NCBI GenBank assembly: GCA_041747675.1
Contig: JBGTES010000090.1
Coordinates: forward strand, 19,582 to 83,581
Reading direction: 5' to 3'
From: Flavobacteriales bacterium
GTDB lineage: Bacteria; Bacteroidota; Bacteroidia; Flavobacteriales_F; PHOS-HE28
Length of the DNA stretch: 64,000 nt
In this document: in pieces, positions 10,062 to 20,474 of the stretch
Layout: each line of letters starts with the position of its first letter
Numbering within the stretch: position 1 is the stretch's first letter
Notes under the pieces: generated by a model
Database searches by the model: none
Seen by the model: only the letters and a program-made list of their open reading frames with translations
Told to the model about the DNA's origin: nothing
Made by a program: the position numbers and the translations under genes

Positions 10062-11081
10062 ATGCGCGGAAAGGTCATCGTCACCGGCGGTGCCGGATTC
10101 ATCGGATCCCACACCGTGGTGGAATTGGCGGCGGCTGGATACACGCCGGTGATCGTGGATGACCTGCGGAACAGCGAGGAGCGCGCCGTGGATGGCATCG
10201 CCGCGATCATCGGCCAGCGGCCCGTGCTGCATCGTGTGGATTGTTTGGATGGCCCAGCCATGGAAACGGTGTTCGCGGCGGAAGGACCCGTGCATGGTGT
10301 GATCCACTTCGCAGCGGACAAGGCCGTGGGCGAGAGCGTGCGCGAGCCTTTGAAGTACTACCGCAACAACATCGGCTCGCTGGTGACCCTGTTGGAGGTG
10401 ATGGCCGCACATGAGGTGCGCCACATCGTGTTCAGCAGTAGTTGCACGGTATATGGTCAGCCCGATCGATTGCCCGTCACTGAGGCCGCACCGGACCGCG
10501 CGGCCAATTCCCCTTATGGTTTCACCAAGGTGGCCTGTGAGCAGATGCTCCGGGACAAATGCACGGCGGATGCCTCGCTTCGGGCGGTGTTATTGCGCTA
10601 CTTCAACCCCGTTGGTGCCCATCCCACCGGCCACATCGGCGAGCTCCCACTGGGCGTGCCCAACAACCTGATCCCATTCGTCACACAGACCGCCGCCGGT
10701 ATCAGAAACCAGCTCACCGTGTTCGGCGATGATTACGCGACCCCCGATGGCAGTTGCGTGCGCGACTACATCCATGTGGTGGATCTGGCGCGGGCCCATG
10801 TGCGCGCGTTGCACTGGATGACCGGACACACACCGCCGCTCTGCGAAGTGTTCAATGTGGGTACCGGGCAGGGCAATAGCGTGCTGGAGGTGATCCGGCT
10901 GTTCCAGGAAGTGAATGGTGTAGAGCTCCCCTGGAGCATCGGACCGCGCCGGCCGGGCGATGTGGAAAGCGTGTATGCCGATACGACCAGGTGCCGCGAG
11001 GTGTTGGGCTGGACCGCCAAGCTGGGTCTGCGCGATGCCCTGCGCGATGCCTGGCACTGGCAGCAACAACTGGGCACTTGA
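10062..11081 (+). CDS. galE: UDP-glucose 4-epimerase
   Basis: Rossmann motif VTGGAGFIGSH, then YFNPVGAHPTGHIGE...PNNLIP...DYIHVVDLA. 339 aa, canonical GalE. Confidence 0.9.
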   Translation: MRGKVIVTGGAGFIGSHTVVELAAAGYTPVIVDDLRNSEERAVDGIAAIIGQRPVLHRVDCLDGPAMETVFAAEGPVHGVIHFAADKAVGESVREPLKYYRNNIGSLVTLLEVMAAHEVRHIVFSSSCTVYGQPDRLPVTEAAPDRAANSPYGFTKVACEQMLRDKCTADASLRAVLLRYFNPVGAHPTGHIGELPLGVPNNLIPFVTQTAAGIRNQLTVFGDDYATPDGSCVRDYIHVVDLARAHVRALHWMTGHTPPLCEVFNVGTGQGNSVLEVIRLFQEVNGVELPWSIGPRRPGDVESVYADTTRCREVLGWTAKLGLRDALRDAWHWQQQLGT

Positions 11082-11088
11082 CCGGATC

Positions 11089-11706
11089 TTAGAAGGCCAG
11101 GCCAGCAACAACGCAGGCGTGTGTGCAGGCGAAGCCCAGTGCCGCACCGGTGTATACCTGCGCGTGCGTATGGCCTCCATCCACGATGCGCGCGGTGCCC
11201 AATGCGCCGGCGATGATGATGAGGAAGGCGATCAGCGGAAGGATCGGCAGGGTGTGCAAGGCCGCGAGTGCCGAGATGGTCCCGAGCAGGCCACCCACGC
11301 CCACCATGTGTGCACTGATGCGCCAGCGGATGGAGATGATCGTGGTGATCGCCAATGCCAGCAGGGCCCCGCTGAAAAGCGGCAACAAACCATGGTGCAG
11401 GGCCGAACGTCGCAGCAGGTAGTAGGCCATCACATAGTAGATCAGGGTCACCACGTAGGGGGTGAAGCGCTGCCGGTGGTCAGGCATCCGCAGGTCGTCG
11501 ATCACCCCGGCGCGCAAGAGCAGAAGCGTGCTGGTGAGCGGGAAGGCGATCGTCATCACAGCGACCATCACCAAAGTGATCAGCAGCGCCTGGCCGCCGA
11601 GGAAGTAGCCCAGGTGCGGGTCAACGCGCAGGGCCAGCCACAGCATGATCAGTGGCATGAACAGCGGATGCAGCCCGATGGATATCCAGTATGCGGCTTT
11701 CTTCAT
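11089..11706 (-). CDS. PAP2-like integral membrane protein (tentative)
   Basis: Six or so hydrophobic helices. Weak PAP2-like motifs (RISAHM, GGHTHAQVYTGAALG). Confidence 0.45.
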   Translation of the reverse strand: MKKAAYWISIGLHPLFMPLIMLWLALRVDPHLGYFLGGQALLITLVMVAVMTIAFPLTSTLLLLRAGVIDDLRMPDHRQRFTPYVVTLIYYVMAYYLLRRSALHHGLLPLFSGALLALAITTIISIRWRISAHMVGVGGLLGTISALAALHTLPILPLIAFLIIIAGALGTARIVDGGHTHAQVYTGAALGFACTHACVVAGLAF

Positions 11707-11759
11707 GGCACCCGCCCGAACGGTGGACCCTCCTTGACCGTGTGGAAACCTGTCGGACG

Positions 11760-13232
11760 CTACAACTCCTTCCTCAAACGTGCCACAGGCAGTCCGAGTT
11801 GTTCACGGTATTTGGCCACGGTGCGGCGTGCGATGTTGTAGCCTTTCTCCTGCAACAGTGCGGTAAGCTGGTCGTCAGTGAGCGGTTTGCGCTTGTCCTC
11901 CGCTTCGATGGCGTCCTTCAGGATCTTCTTCACCTCGCGCGTGCTCACCTCCTCGCCACTGTCGGTGCTGAGGCTTTCACTGAAGAAGAACTTCAGCAGG
12001 TAGGTGCCGTGGTTGGTCTGCACATACTTGCTGTTGGCCACCCGGCTGATGGTGCTGATGTCAAGGCCCACACGCTCTGCGATGTCCTTCAGGATCATCG
12101 GCTTCATTTTGGTCTCATCGCCGGTGAGGAAAAAATCGCGCTGGTGCATCATGATGGCCTCCATGGTCACGAGCAGGGTGTTCTGCCGTTGCTTGATGGC
12201 ATCGATGAACCACTTTGCGCTGTCGAGCTTCTGCTTGATGAACTGGAGCGCCTCGCGCTGGCTCTTGTCCTTCTTGTTCCGCTGGTACTCCTTGATCATG
12301 TCGCGGTACTGCCTGCTGATGCGCAGTTCCGGGGCGTTGCGGCCGTTGAGGGTGAGTTCCAGCTGTCCGTCCACCGCCATCACCATGAAATCGGGCACGA
12401 TCTCGTGCACCGGCTTGGAAGTGTCACGCGAGGTATTGCCCGGCTTGGGATTCAGGCGCACAATAAGATCGATCGCCCCCTTCAGCGCCTCCTCATCGAT
12501 CTCGAGCCGGTCCATGATGCGTTCGTAGTGCTTCTTGCTGAAGGCCTCGAAGAACTTGTCGAGCATCTGTTCGGCGATGCGCTGTTCAAGGCTGTGGGGC
12601 ATCTGGCGCACCTGGATCAGCAGGCATTCGCGCAGGTCGCGTGCGCCCACCCCAAGCGGGTCCAGGCTTTGCACCTCTGCCAGGGCCTTCTCCAATTCGC
12701 CTTTTTCGCAGATCACATTCTGTGTGAATGCCAGGTCGTTCACGATGGCATCCAGATCCCGGCGCAGGTAGCCATCCTCGTCGAGGTTGCCGATCAGGTG
12801 TTCCGAGAGCATGCGGATGCGCTCATCGGTCCGGCGCAGGCTCAACTGCGAGCGCAGCATGTCCTGGAAGGTGGTGCCTCCGGCCAGGGGGATCTCCCGT
12901 TCCTCATCGTCGGGGCCGGTATTGCGGATACTCAGCTTGTAGTCCGGGGTGTCGTCGTCCTGGAAGTAGTCGCTCAGGTCGAAATCCTCACGCTCATCGG
13001 TCTCGCTGCGTTCCTCTTCCACGCGCTCTTCACCCTCGGTGGTGGATTGCTCCTCGGTGGGGCCGGCCTCTTCGTCCACCTCATCACCCTCCTCCAGGGC
13101 GGGGTTCTCCTCGATCTCCTGCTTGATCCGCTGCTCCAACTCCACGGTGGGCACCTGCAGCAGCTTCATCAATTGGATCTGCTGGGGGCTCAGCTTCTGC
13201 TGGAGCTTCTGGAAAAGACCTTGTTTGAGCAT
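11760..13232 (-). CDS. rpoN: RNA polymerase sigma-54 factor
   Basis: N-terminal MLKQGLFQKLQQKLSPQQIQLMKLLQ, acidic linker, and C-terminal RpoN box ARRTVAKYREQLGLPVARLRK. The track ORF extends to 13340; the ATG at 13232 fits family N-termini. Confidence 0.9.
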   Translation of the reverse strand: MLKQGLFQKLQQKLSPQQIQLMKLLQVPTVELEQRIKQEIEENPALEEGDEVDEEAGPTEEQSTTEGEERVEEERSETDEREDFDLSDYFQDDDTPDYKLSIRNTGPDDEEREIPLAGGTTFQDMLRSQLSLRRTDERIRMLSEHLIGNLDEDGYLRRDLDAIVNDLAFTQNVICEKGELEKALAEVQSLDPLGVGARDLRECLLIQVRQMPHSLEQRIAEQMLDKFFEAFSKKHYERIMDRLEIDEEALKGAIDLIVRLNPKPGNTSRDTSKPVHEIVPDFMVMAVDGQLELTLNGRNAPELRISRQYRDMIKEYQRNKKDKSQREALQFIKQKLDSAKWFIDAIKQRQNTLLVTMEAIMMHQRDFFLTGDETKMKPMILKDIAERVGLDISTISRVANSKYVQTNHGTYLLKFFFSESLSTDSGEEVSTREVKKILKDAIEAEDKRKPLTDDQLTALLQEKGYNIARRTVAKYREQLGLPVARLRKEL

Positions 13233-13354
13233 ATGTCCTGGTAAGCAACGCCTGGCGCCCTTTGCGGTGCGCGGGGCACAAAAATACCAGCGGGGAGAGT
13301 GCGGCGGGAGGTTCTGCGCCGGTATCGGTCCTTTCCGCACCGATCTTCGCGCAC

Positions 13355-15112
13355 ATGACCGACCCCGGACGAGGTAGGCGCATACGGCGGATCATGCTCC
13401 GTATCCTTGGGGTATTGGCCGTGCTGCTGGTCGCAGCGGCTGGTGTGGGTGCCTGGTGGTGGGCGGACCGTGGCGAGGACTGGCTCGAACGCAACGTACG
13501 CGAGCGCATCGGTCGCATGATCGACGAGGCCAGTGTGCCGGGTTATACATTCCGGATGGATGCCCTGTTGGTGGATACACGCACCGGGCATCTACGTGCG
13601 AACAACGTTGTACTCGATTTTGATGAGGTGCTGCTGGACAGCCTGCGGAGCGGGGAGTTCCGCTACCTCTTCGCAGCGCGTGCGGGCAGCATCGAGTTGC
13701 GCGGACTTTCCTTCTGGCGCCTGCTGGTATGGCGCGAGTTCCGCGTAGAGGCCTTCGAGATGCGGGAACCTGAGCTGTACTACCTCGTTGGCGGAGAGCG
13801 GGTGGCACTGTCCGCCCCCTTCACGCGGTTGCAACCGGGCGGTGGAAGGGCCATCTCGTTGGTGCGGGCGGATACGCTGATCGTGCGCGGTGCTGCTGCG
13901 AAGGTGGAGGACCTCAGCGGTTCGCTGCCTGTCATGGACCTCAGTGGCCTGGCGGTCGCCGGGTATGCCGTGCGCATCACCATGGACCAGCGGCGCAGTG
14001 GAGTGCGGCTCACGATCGGCGATACCGAACTGGGCTTCGACAGTCTGCGCACCCAGCTGCCCGATGGGGACCGATTCCACATCGGCCACACGAGCCTCTC
14101 CCGCCATGGCATGCGCGGACTGATGCGCGACATCAGGCTGATACCCGCTCCGGTGGACACCACCGATCGCACCCAGCCGCGAAAGCCGGTGATCGACCTG
14201 GCGGTGGACAGCATCACCTTGCAAGGGCTCGACATCGACCGGCTGATCGCACAGCAGGCCCTGCACATTGGCGAACTTGTGGTGCGTGGAATGCGGCTGA
14301 AGGTCGTCCTGGACAAGACCCTGCCCCCTGGGGAACCCATCACACGAGCACTGCCAGCCGCGTCCCTGCTGGCTATTCCCTTCGCCATACGTATCGATAC
14401 CCTCACCCTTTTGCGTGCTTCTGGCACCTACCATGAGCGTGACCCAGATACGCGCCGGTGGGGCCGCGTACCCTTCCGGCAGATCGAGGGGCGCTTCACC
14501 CACATCACCAATTTCGGCCCGGCCATCGTGGAGCATCCCAAGATCGAGGGTGGCTTCAGTTTGCTGCTCTTCGACAGTGCCCGGGTGAGCGGCCGATACA
14601 CTGCCGAGCTCGATGGAAGCGACCGCTTCACGGTGATGGCCACGGTCACAGACCTGCCTCTGGAGAACCTCAACAGCGCCACGCGGCCGCTGCTGCGCAT
14701 CCAGGTGAACGGTGGGCGGCTGCACCGGATGGACCTGCGCATGGAAGGCGACGACCGCCGGGCACGTGGCGATCTTGCGCTGAACTACACCGACCTGCTG
14801 GTGCGCGTGGAACCCGGCACTCCGCGTGAATTGCGGCATAGCATGTTCGGAAGTGTGCTGGAGACCATGCTGAAGGAGGCCTATGGCGGGGGTCTCAGCG
14901 CGGACCGGGAACGGAACTTCTCCATCGACCGCGACCAGAACAAGGCGATCATCACCTACCTCTGGCATGCCACGCGCGAGGGCCTTGCCCGCAACCTGGC
15001 GCCCGAGGCCTGGGAGCGGATGCGCAGCATGCTGCGTACGGATGCCGAACAGCGGCGCGAACAGCGTTCGTTGCGGAAGCAGCGGCGGGAGGAGCGCCAG
15101 GAACAGCGCTGA
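13355..15112 (+). CDS. hypothetical membrane-anchored protein (AsmA/TamB-like?), basic C-terminal tail
   Basis: N-terminal TM LRILGVLAVLLVAAAGVGAWWW, a long soluble body, and an R/E/Q-rich tail. No confident domain call. Confidence 0.45.
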   Translation: MTDPGRGRRIRRIMLRILGVLAVLLVAAAGVGAWWWADRGEDWLERNVRERIGRMIDEASVPGYTFRMDALLVDTRTGHLRANNVVLDFDEVLLDSLRSGEFRYLFAARAGSIELRGLSFWRLLVWREFRVEAFEMREPELYYLVGGERVALSAPFTRLQPGGGRAISLVRADTLIVRGAAAKVEDLSGSLPVMDLSGLAVAGYAVRITMDQRRSGVRLTIGDTELGFDSLRTQLPDGDRFHIGHTSLSRHGMRGLMRDIRLIPAPVDTTDRTQPRKPVIDLAVDSITLQGLDIDRLIAQQALHIGELVVRGMRLKVVLDKTLPPGEPITRALPAASLLAIPFAIRIDTLTLLRASGTYHERDPDTRRWGRVPFRQIEGRFTHITNFGPAIVEHPKIEGGFSLLLFDSARVSGRYTAELDGSDRFTVMATVTDLPLENLNSATRPLLRIQVNGGRLHRMDLRMEGDDRRARGDLALNYTDLLVRVEPGTPRELRHSMFGSVLETMLKEAYGGGLSADRERNFSIDRDQNKAIITYLWHATREGLARNLAPEAWERMRSMLRTDAEQRREQRSLRKQRREERQEQR

Positions 15113-15220
15113 TGATCGCCGGAAGGTGACGGCGGCTCATTCGGATCCATCGTTCAGACGATGCCCCGAGCCACCCCGTAGGTATTATTCATCTTCGCTG
15201 ACCGCAAAGACCCCCCTGCC

Positions 15221-15733
15221 GTGCACCATTCAACATCCATACTGCTGGTAGCCCTGATCCCCTTCGCAGCTTCGGCACAAAGCCTTGTTGTGAATTTTGA
15301 GGATGCGACCACGGAGAGTTTCCCGATCGCTACTGTACGCAGCATCAGCTTCGACAGTGGCGATATGCAGCTCAACCTGCTTGCTGGAACGACCCTGGCC
15401 TGGCCCATCGTGGATATCTGGTCCTATGCCTTCAGCCCACTAACGACATCGGTGGGCGATGGTGCCGTGGCGGGTATGCTGGAGATCTTTCCCAATCCGG
15501 CCTCCGAACAGGTCATCATCCGGTTCGGCGGTCTGCCCGGGGTCCATTATACGGTGGACATCTTCGACGCCAGCGGTCGCCTTGTCGCCAGGCTCTTCGA
15601 CGGCGAAGCAACGGCCGGCACCACGCAAGTGATGCTCGACCCCCGCGCGCAGGGTATGGCCACATCAGGCCTGTACGTCTGTCGTGTCACTTCCGCCGAT
15701 GGCGTGCGCACATCACCCATCATGATCCAATGA
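15221..15733 (+). CDS. small secreted protein with T9SS C-terminal sorting domain
   Basis: GTG start. Signal peptide HHSTSILLVALIPFAASAQS. C-terminus EIFPNPASEQVIIRF...YTVDIFDASGRLVARLF...GLYVCRV is a Por_Secre_tail. ATGA overlap with the next gene. Confidence 0.6.
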   Translation: MHHSTSILLVALIPFAASAQSLVVNFEDATTESFPIATVRSISFDSGDMQLNLLAGTTLAWPIVDIWSYAFSPLTTSVGDGAVAGMLEIFPNPASEQVIIRFGGLPGVHYTVDIFDASGRLVARLFDGEATAGTTQVMLDPRAQGMATSGLYVCRVTSADGVRTSPIMIQ

Positions 15734-16662
15734 TGATGCCCAGCATGAACAACCTCCGCACCATCGGCATTCCGCTGGCCGTCGCATTCACCCTGCAGGC
15801 CCAGGCCCAGATCGAGCACCGCGTGAACCTCACCGATGGCAGTGTGATCGCCCATCCGGTGAACACCATCGACAGCATCACCTTCAACACCGATGGGGTG
15901 CCATACATGGAGATCCATTTCACGGATGCCAGCACCGTCGAGGTGGAATTGGCAGAGGTGGATACAGTTTCCTTCGGGACCATGAGCACATGGACCTTCA
16001 CCGATCCACGCGACGACAATGAGTACACCGCGGTAATGATCGGTGACCAGTGCTGGATGGCCGAGAACCTGCGCTACCTGCCGGGCGTGGTGGGTCCTGC
16101 TTCCGGCCATGCGACCGTGCCCTTGTACTACGTGCACGGCTACAATGGCACCAATGCGAGCACGGCCATGACCACCCCCAACTACCAGACCTACGGCGTG
16201 CTGTACAACTGGCCTGCCGCCATGCAGGGTGCCGCGAGCAGCTCCTCCAACCCCAGCGGGGTTCAGGGCGCGTGTCCGCCTGGTTGGCACCTGCCCAGTG
16301 ATGAGGAAGTGAAGCAACTGGAGATGTTCCTCGGCTTGACCCAGGCGCAGGCCAACAACACCGGTTACCGGGGGACCAACCAAGGCAGTCGTCTGGCTGG
16401 CAATGCCCCGCTGTGGGATCCGGGGGCGCTTACCGATCATGCCCTCTTCGGCAACACCGGCTTCGATGCACTGCCCGGTTCGGTGCGTTCGCTGGGGGCT
16501 TTCGGCAACACCCTGGGAGAGCAGTTCGCCCTATGGACCGCCACGGACAATGGCCCCACTAACGCGTGGTACCGTGGCCTGCACTACACGCAGACCGGTG
16601 TGCTGCGCACCAGCATCCAGCGCGAATATGGCATGTCCGTGCGCTGTGTGTGTGATCAATGA
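15730..16662 (+). CDS. Fibrobacter succinogenes major paralogous (FISUMP) domain protein
   Basis: CWMAENLRYLPG...YNWPAAM...CPPGWHLPSDEEVKQLEMFLG...GFDALPGS...WTAT...VRCVCD matches the TIGR02145-type signature. Has a signal peptide. Confidence 0.8.
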   Translation: MMMPSMNNLRTIGIPLAVAFTLQAQAQIEHRVNLTDGSVIAHPVNTIDSITFNTDGVPYMEIHFTDASTVEVELAEVDTVSFGTMSTWTFTDPRDDNEYTAVMIGDQCWMAENLRYLPGVVGPASGHATVPLYYVHGYNGTNASTAMTTPNYQTYGVLYNWPAAMQGAASSSSNPSGVQGACPPGWHLPSDEEVKQLEMFLGLTQAQANNTGYRGTNQGSRLAGNAPLWDPGALTDHALFGNTGFDALPGSVRSLGAFGNTLGEQFALWTATDNGPTNAWYRGLHYTQTGVLRTSIQREYGMSVRCVCDQ

Positions 16663-18347
16663 CCTCCTTCAACGGAACTTTCTCCAACAGAACATCCCCC
16701 TCGAAAATGACCACGATCAGTACGCTGCTCGCGCTGCTATCCTGCAGCACCATCGCCCTGGGCGCTACCGCCCAAGGCACATACAGCAACACGCTCCCCA
16801 CCATGCAGGGCTATGGCCTCACGAGTTGGACCGCCTTCACTTTCCCGGCCACACCGGCCACCAACGGCGAGGCGGAGCTCTCCTTCCAATGGCTGGGTTG
16901 CTACCAAGCGGGCTTCAGTGGTACGGGCATCGCGATCGAGCTGCGTATCGGGCCCAGCCTCTACATCCCGGTCCACACCGAGACCGGCATCACCGTATCC
17001 TGCTCCTTTCTGAGCCGTATTGTGACCATTACCGAGAGTCAGCTTTCCCTGGCCATGGACTACGGGGGCGGCACAAGTGTGCAGGGTCGGTTGCGCTTGA
17101 CCGATGCCTGCCCCGCCGGTGTGGGCTGTTCCTTCTACAATGATCCCGTGGTCCAGAATTTCACCCTGGCCTACACCGTGCAGTCGGCCGGTTTCAGTTC
17201 CCCGGATGCTTCCATCTGCCCCGGAGGCGTGGTGCAGTTCAACGATGCCAGCCTCAACGTACCCACCAGTTATGCCTGGTCCTTCCCCGGAGGTATGCCG
17301 GATACGAGCAACATCGCCAACCCCGTGGTACAATACACAACGCCCGGAGCTTATCCGGTGACCCTTGAAGTGACCACCGCGGATGGCCCAAGCTCGATCA
17401 CGCACCCGGCCTTCGTGACCGTGCACCCCTTGCCCGATGCGTTCGCCGGTCTGGACCAGACGATCTGCGCAGGAGCCACGGCACAGTTGCAGGCCAGTGG
17501 TGGCGCCAGCTACCAATGGATACCAGCCAGCGGCCTTTCCGATGCCACCATCGCCAACCCGGTCGCGACCCTCACCAACTCCACGACCTACACCGTGATC
17601 GTCACCTCAGCCCAAGGCTGTGAAGCTTCGGACGCGGTGCAGATCACCGTGACACCGCTGCCAGAGATAGAGGTACAGGCTGCAAGCACCACGATCTGCG
17701 GAACGGATACCTTGAGCGTAACGGTCAGCGGTGCCACACTCTACACCTGGTCGCCGAACCTTTTCATCAGCAGCAACACCGGGGCTGCGGTGGAGGTATG
17801 GCCACCCGCTTCCTTCGCGTGGACGGTGACGGGAACGGACCTGAACGGCTGCGTGGGGGTCGATACGCTGGAGGTGACCGTTGTTCCCGTGCCGCCCACG
17901 CCCTTGATCACCTGGGCGGACATGGTCCTTTCCTCCACACCTTCCGAGGAGTACCAATGGTACCTGGATGGAGTGCCTATTCCGGATGCGACCGCACAGG
18001 ACCACACACCGCTTGTGAACGGGAACTACACCGTGGTGACCACCGATGAGAACGGCTGTAGCGCCACCAGTGATCCCTACTTCTTCGGAAGCACCCAGGT
18101 TCTGGATCCATGGCATACGAAGCCTGCGATCTTCCCGCAACCAGTGTCCGACGTGCTGATCGTGGTCGGTGTGCCGCACGGCTCATTCTATCGACTTCTT
18201 GATGGCCAGGGACGGCTTGTGCAGGAAGGCAGGATGCAAGGCCAAAGAGCCGAGATCGATGTGCGTAGCTCGGCGCCTGGCATGTATGTGTTTCACCTGC
18301 TTTCACCGGATGGCAGCCACAGCGAACACCGCGTCATTAAACAATGA
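16659..18347 (+). CDS. PKD-domain protein with T9SS C-terminal sorting domain
   Basis: PKD-like segment FNDASLNVPTSYAWSFPGG...PGAYPVTLEVTTADG. C-terminal tail IFPQPVSDVLIVVG...YVFHLLSPDGSHSEHRVIKQ. The ATG overlaps the upstream stop (ATGA); an alternative ATG is at 16707. Confidence 0.7.
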   Translation: MTSFNGTFSNRTSPSKMTTISTLLALLSCSTIALGATAQGTYSNTLPTMQGYGLTSWTAFTFPATPATNGEAELSFQWLGCYQAGFSGTGIAIELRIGPSLYIPVHTETGITVSCSFLSRIVTITESQLSLAMDYGGGTSVQGRLRLTDACPAGVGCSFYNDPVVQNFTLAYTVQSAGFSSPDASICPGGVVQFNDASLNVPTSYAWSFPGGMPDTSNIANPVVQYTTPGAYPVTLEVTTADGPSSITHPAFVTVHPLPDAFAGLDQTICAGATAQLQASGGASYQWIPASGLSDATIANPVATLTNSTTYTVIVTSAQGCEASDAVQITVTPLPEIEVQAASTTICGTDTLSVTVSGATLYTWSPNLFISSNTGAAVEVWPPASFAWTVTGTDLNGCVGVDTLEVTVVPVPPTPLITWADMVLSSTPSEEYQWYLDGVPIPDATAQDHTPLVNGNYTVVTTDENGCSATSDPYFFGSTQVLDPWHTKPAIFPQPVSDVLIVVGVPHGSFYRLLDGQGRLVQEGRMQGQRAEIDVRSSAPGMYVFHLLSPDGSHSEHRVIKQ

Positions 18348-18536
18348 TGGATGACCCTGTTCAGGTGATCGTAGCGATCAAAGGAACACGGGTCTGCAGC
18401 ACTGCCCGAAATCGGGTGGAGCGTCATCGCCCAGAATGATCGACGTGGATGCTGTCGGCTCACTCGTTCATGACCGCACCACCGCATAGCTGAACTTCGC
18501 GACACACCGACGACCGGCATCAAAGATCTCCGCCCT

Positions 18537-20474
18537 GTGCAACGCACCCTTCTCCTGGCCGGTCCGCTGCTTCTGGTGTTCGCCTGTGGCGGCAATGGCG
18601 GCGATCGTGGGGTCACGCTGCGCGGTGAGGAGGACCCGCCACGCTTCAAGGCCGAGATGGATTCCGCACAGGAATACATGCGTGCCGGCAAGGTGGATAA
18701 AGCCGAAGCGCTGGGCCGGTCCATCTATGAACGCACGCTTGCCGAGCCTACCTTGTTGAGCCAGCGGATCACCATGTTGTCCTTGCTGGGGCACATCATG
18801 CAGCGCCGCATGATGACCGACTCCGCCCATGCCCTGTTCCAGGAGGGCCTCCATTTGGCGCGGTCCATCGCTGACACGGCCGCCATCGGCACCATGTGGC
18901 TGAATGTGGGTGTGGTGCTGGAGGAGAAGGGTGATTATGAAGGAGCGTTGGAAGCCCAGTTGAACGCTTTGCGCTGGAAGGAACTGGTGGGTGAGGATCG
19001 GGTGTTGGCACGTGTGCTGCACAATCTGAGCGTGCTCCATTGGCGGCAGGACAGCATCGAGCAGGCCATGCGCTTGATCGAACGCAGCATCGCCATCAAG
19101 CGCATCCACGGCATGCGCGATCTGCCCCTGAGCCTTAACGGCATGGGGCTCCTGCTGATGGAACTCGGCAGGCTTGATACGGCCCTTGTTGTCCTGAAGG
19201 AGAGCCTCGCCCTCGAGGACAGCATCAACCTTGGCGCCGAACGCCAGATCCAGGTGTTGAACATCGGACTGGTCTTTGAACGAATGGGCCAGCTGGACAG
19301 TGCTGCTCTCTACTACACGGAGGGTCACCAGATAGCGGAGGCGAACAACGACCCCTACGTGATGATCCGCTCGCTCTTCGGCTCAGGCGATGTGCTGCGC
19401 GCGAAGGGCCGATATGCGGAAGCGTTGTCATTGCTGGACAGCAGCCTTGCGCTGGCCGGCCGGGTCGGTTCCCTGGAGGACATGAAGGAAGCGCACATCT
19501 CCCTGGTGGTGCTGCACGAACACCTGGGCCACGCGCAAGCTGCCCTGGACCATTTCCGGATGTATCACCACCTGAGTGATTCACTCATGAACGCGGAGAC
19601 CGGTGCCGCCATGGAAGAGTTGCGCCTGCGCTACGACACCGAAAAGAAGGACCGCGAGAACCAGGACCTGCGTGCCACGGCGGAACTTGCCGCACTGCGC
19701 GCCGCACGCGATCGGTGGATCGCTGTGGGCATGGGCCTGGTGGCGATCAGCCTGACCGTGTTCGGTTGGGCCATGGCCCAACGCAACAAGCAGCGCGCGC
19801 GGCAACGCGAGGCGGAACTGGAGCAACAAGCACTTCGGCTACAGATGGATCCGCACTTCCTGTTCAATGCGCTCAATACCATTCCGGGCTTGTATGCCAG
19901 CGGCGATCCGGCAGTGGCCAACGACCATGTGGGCCACCTCTCCAAATTCCTGCGCATGGTATTGGAGACCAGCCGGCGACGCACCATTCCGCTGGCCCAG
20001 GAGATCGAACTGGTGGAACACTACCTGCGCATATGCGCCAACCGCCGGCCGGACAAGTTCACGTGGGAAGTTCAGGTGATGCCCTACGTCAGGCCCGAAC
20101 GACTGGCGGTGCCACCCATGCTCATCCAACCCGTGGTGGAGAACGCCTTGGAGCACGGCTTCCACGGCCTGGCGAAGGGGCATCTGAGGGTTTTGGTGGA
20201 CCTGGCGGGAAGTGTGCTACACGTGGAGGTGGCGGACAATGGCATCGGTCACAAGGCAGCGGAGCAGCGCCCTTCGCGGCGCAACGGCCGCTCCATGGGC
20301 ATCGACCTCGTGCGGCAGCGGATCGTGCTTTTCGATGAACTGGCTAACTTCAGCGATGCCGTGCAGGTGCATGATGGATCTTCCGGGGACCCATCGCGTC
20401 CGGGCACAACGGTCACCCTGCGTTTCAGGCCACAACATTTGACCGAACATGATGAGGCTCGCGATCGTGGATGA
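18537..20474 (+). CDS. sensor histidine kinase, TPR-repeat sensor with LytS/YehU-type kinase core
   Basis: GTG start. Lipobox LLVFACGG, about 330 aa of TPR-like repeats, one TM segment (WIAVGMGLVAISLTVFGWAMA), His_kinase motif DPHFLFNALNTI, and an HATPase region. Confidence 0.8.
   Translation: MQRTLLLAGPLLLVFACGGNGGDRGVTLRGEEDPPRFKAEMDSAQEYMRAGKVDKAEALGRSIYERTLAEPTLLSQRITMLSLLGHIMQRRMMTDSAHALFQEGLHLARSIADTAAIGTMWLNVGVVLEEKGDYEGALEAQLNALRWKELVGEDRVLARVLHNLSVLHWRQDSIEQAMRLIERSIAIKRIHGMRDLPLSLNGMGLLLMELGRLDTALVVLKESLALEDSINLGAERQIQVLNIGLVFERMGQLDSAALYYTEGHQIAEANNDPYVMIRSLFGSGDVLRAKGRYAEALSLLDSSLALAGRVGSLEDMKEAHISLVVLHEHLGHAQAALDHFRMYHHLSDSLMNAETGAAMEELRLRYDTEKKDRENQDLRATAELAALRAARDRWIAVGMGLVAISLTVFGWAMAQRNKQRARQREAELEQQALRLQMDPHFLFNALNTIPGLYASGDPAVANDHVGHLSKFLRMVLETSRRRTIPLAQEIELVEHYLRICANRRPDKFTWEVQVMPYVRPERLAVPPMLIQPVVENALEHGFHGLAKGHLRVLVDLAGSVLHVEVADNGIGHKAAEQRPSRRNGRSMGIDLVRQRIVLFDELANFSDAVQVHDGSSGDPSRPGTTVTLRFRPQHLTEHDEARDRG

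Noticed and set aside
8858-10424. Long ORFs (434 aa on +, 276 aa on -) spanning the tRNA and antisense to the serine hydrolase and galE.
   Set aside because: High-GC antisense artefacts with no motifs and low-complexity Arg/Ala/Gly-rich translations. They overlap a well-folded tRNA and strongly supported genes.
11691-13340. 517-aa ORF on the + strand antisense to rpoN.
   Set aside because: Leu/Val/Gly-rich low-complexity translation that mirrors rpoN codon positions; rpoN carries unmistakable sigma-54 motifs.
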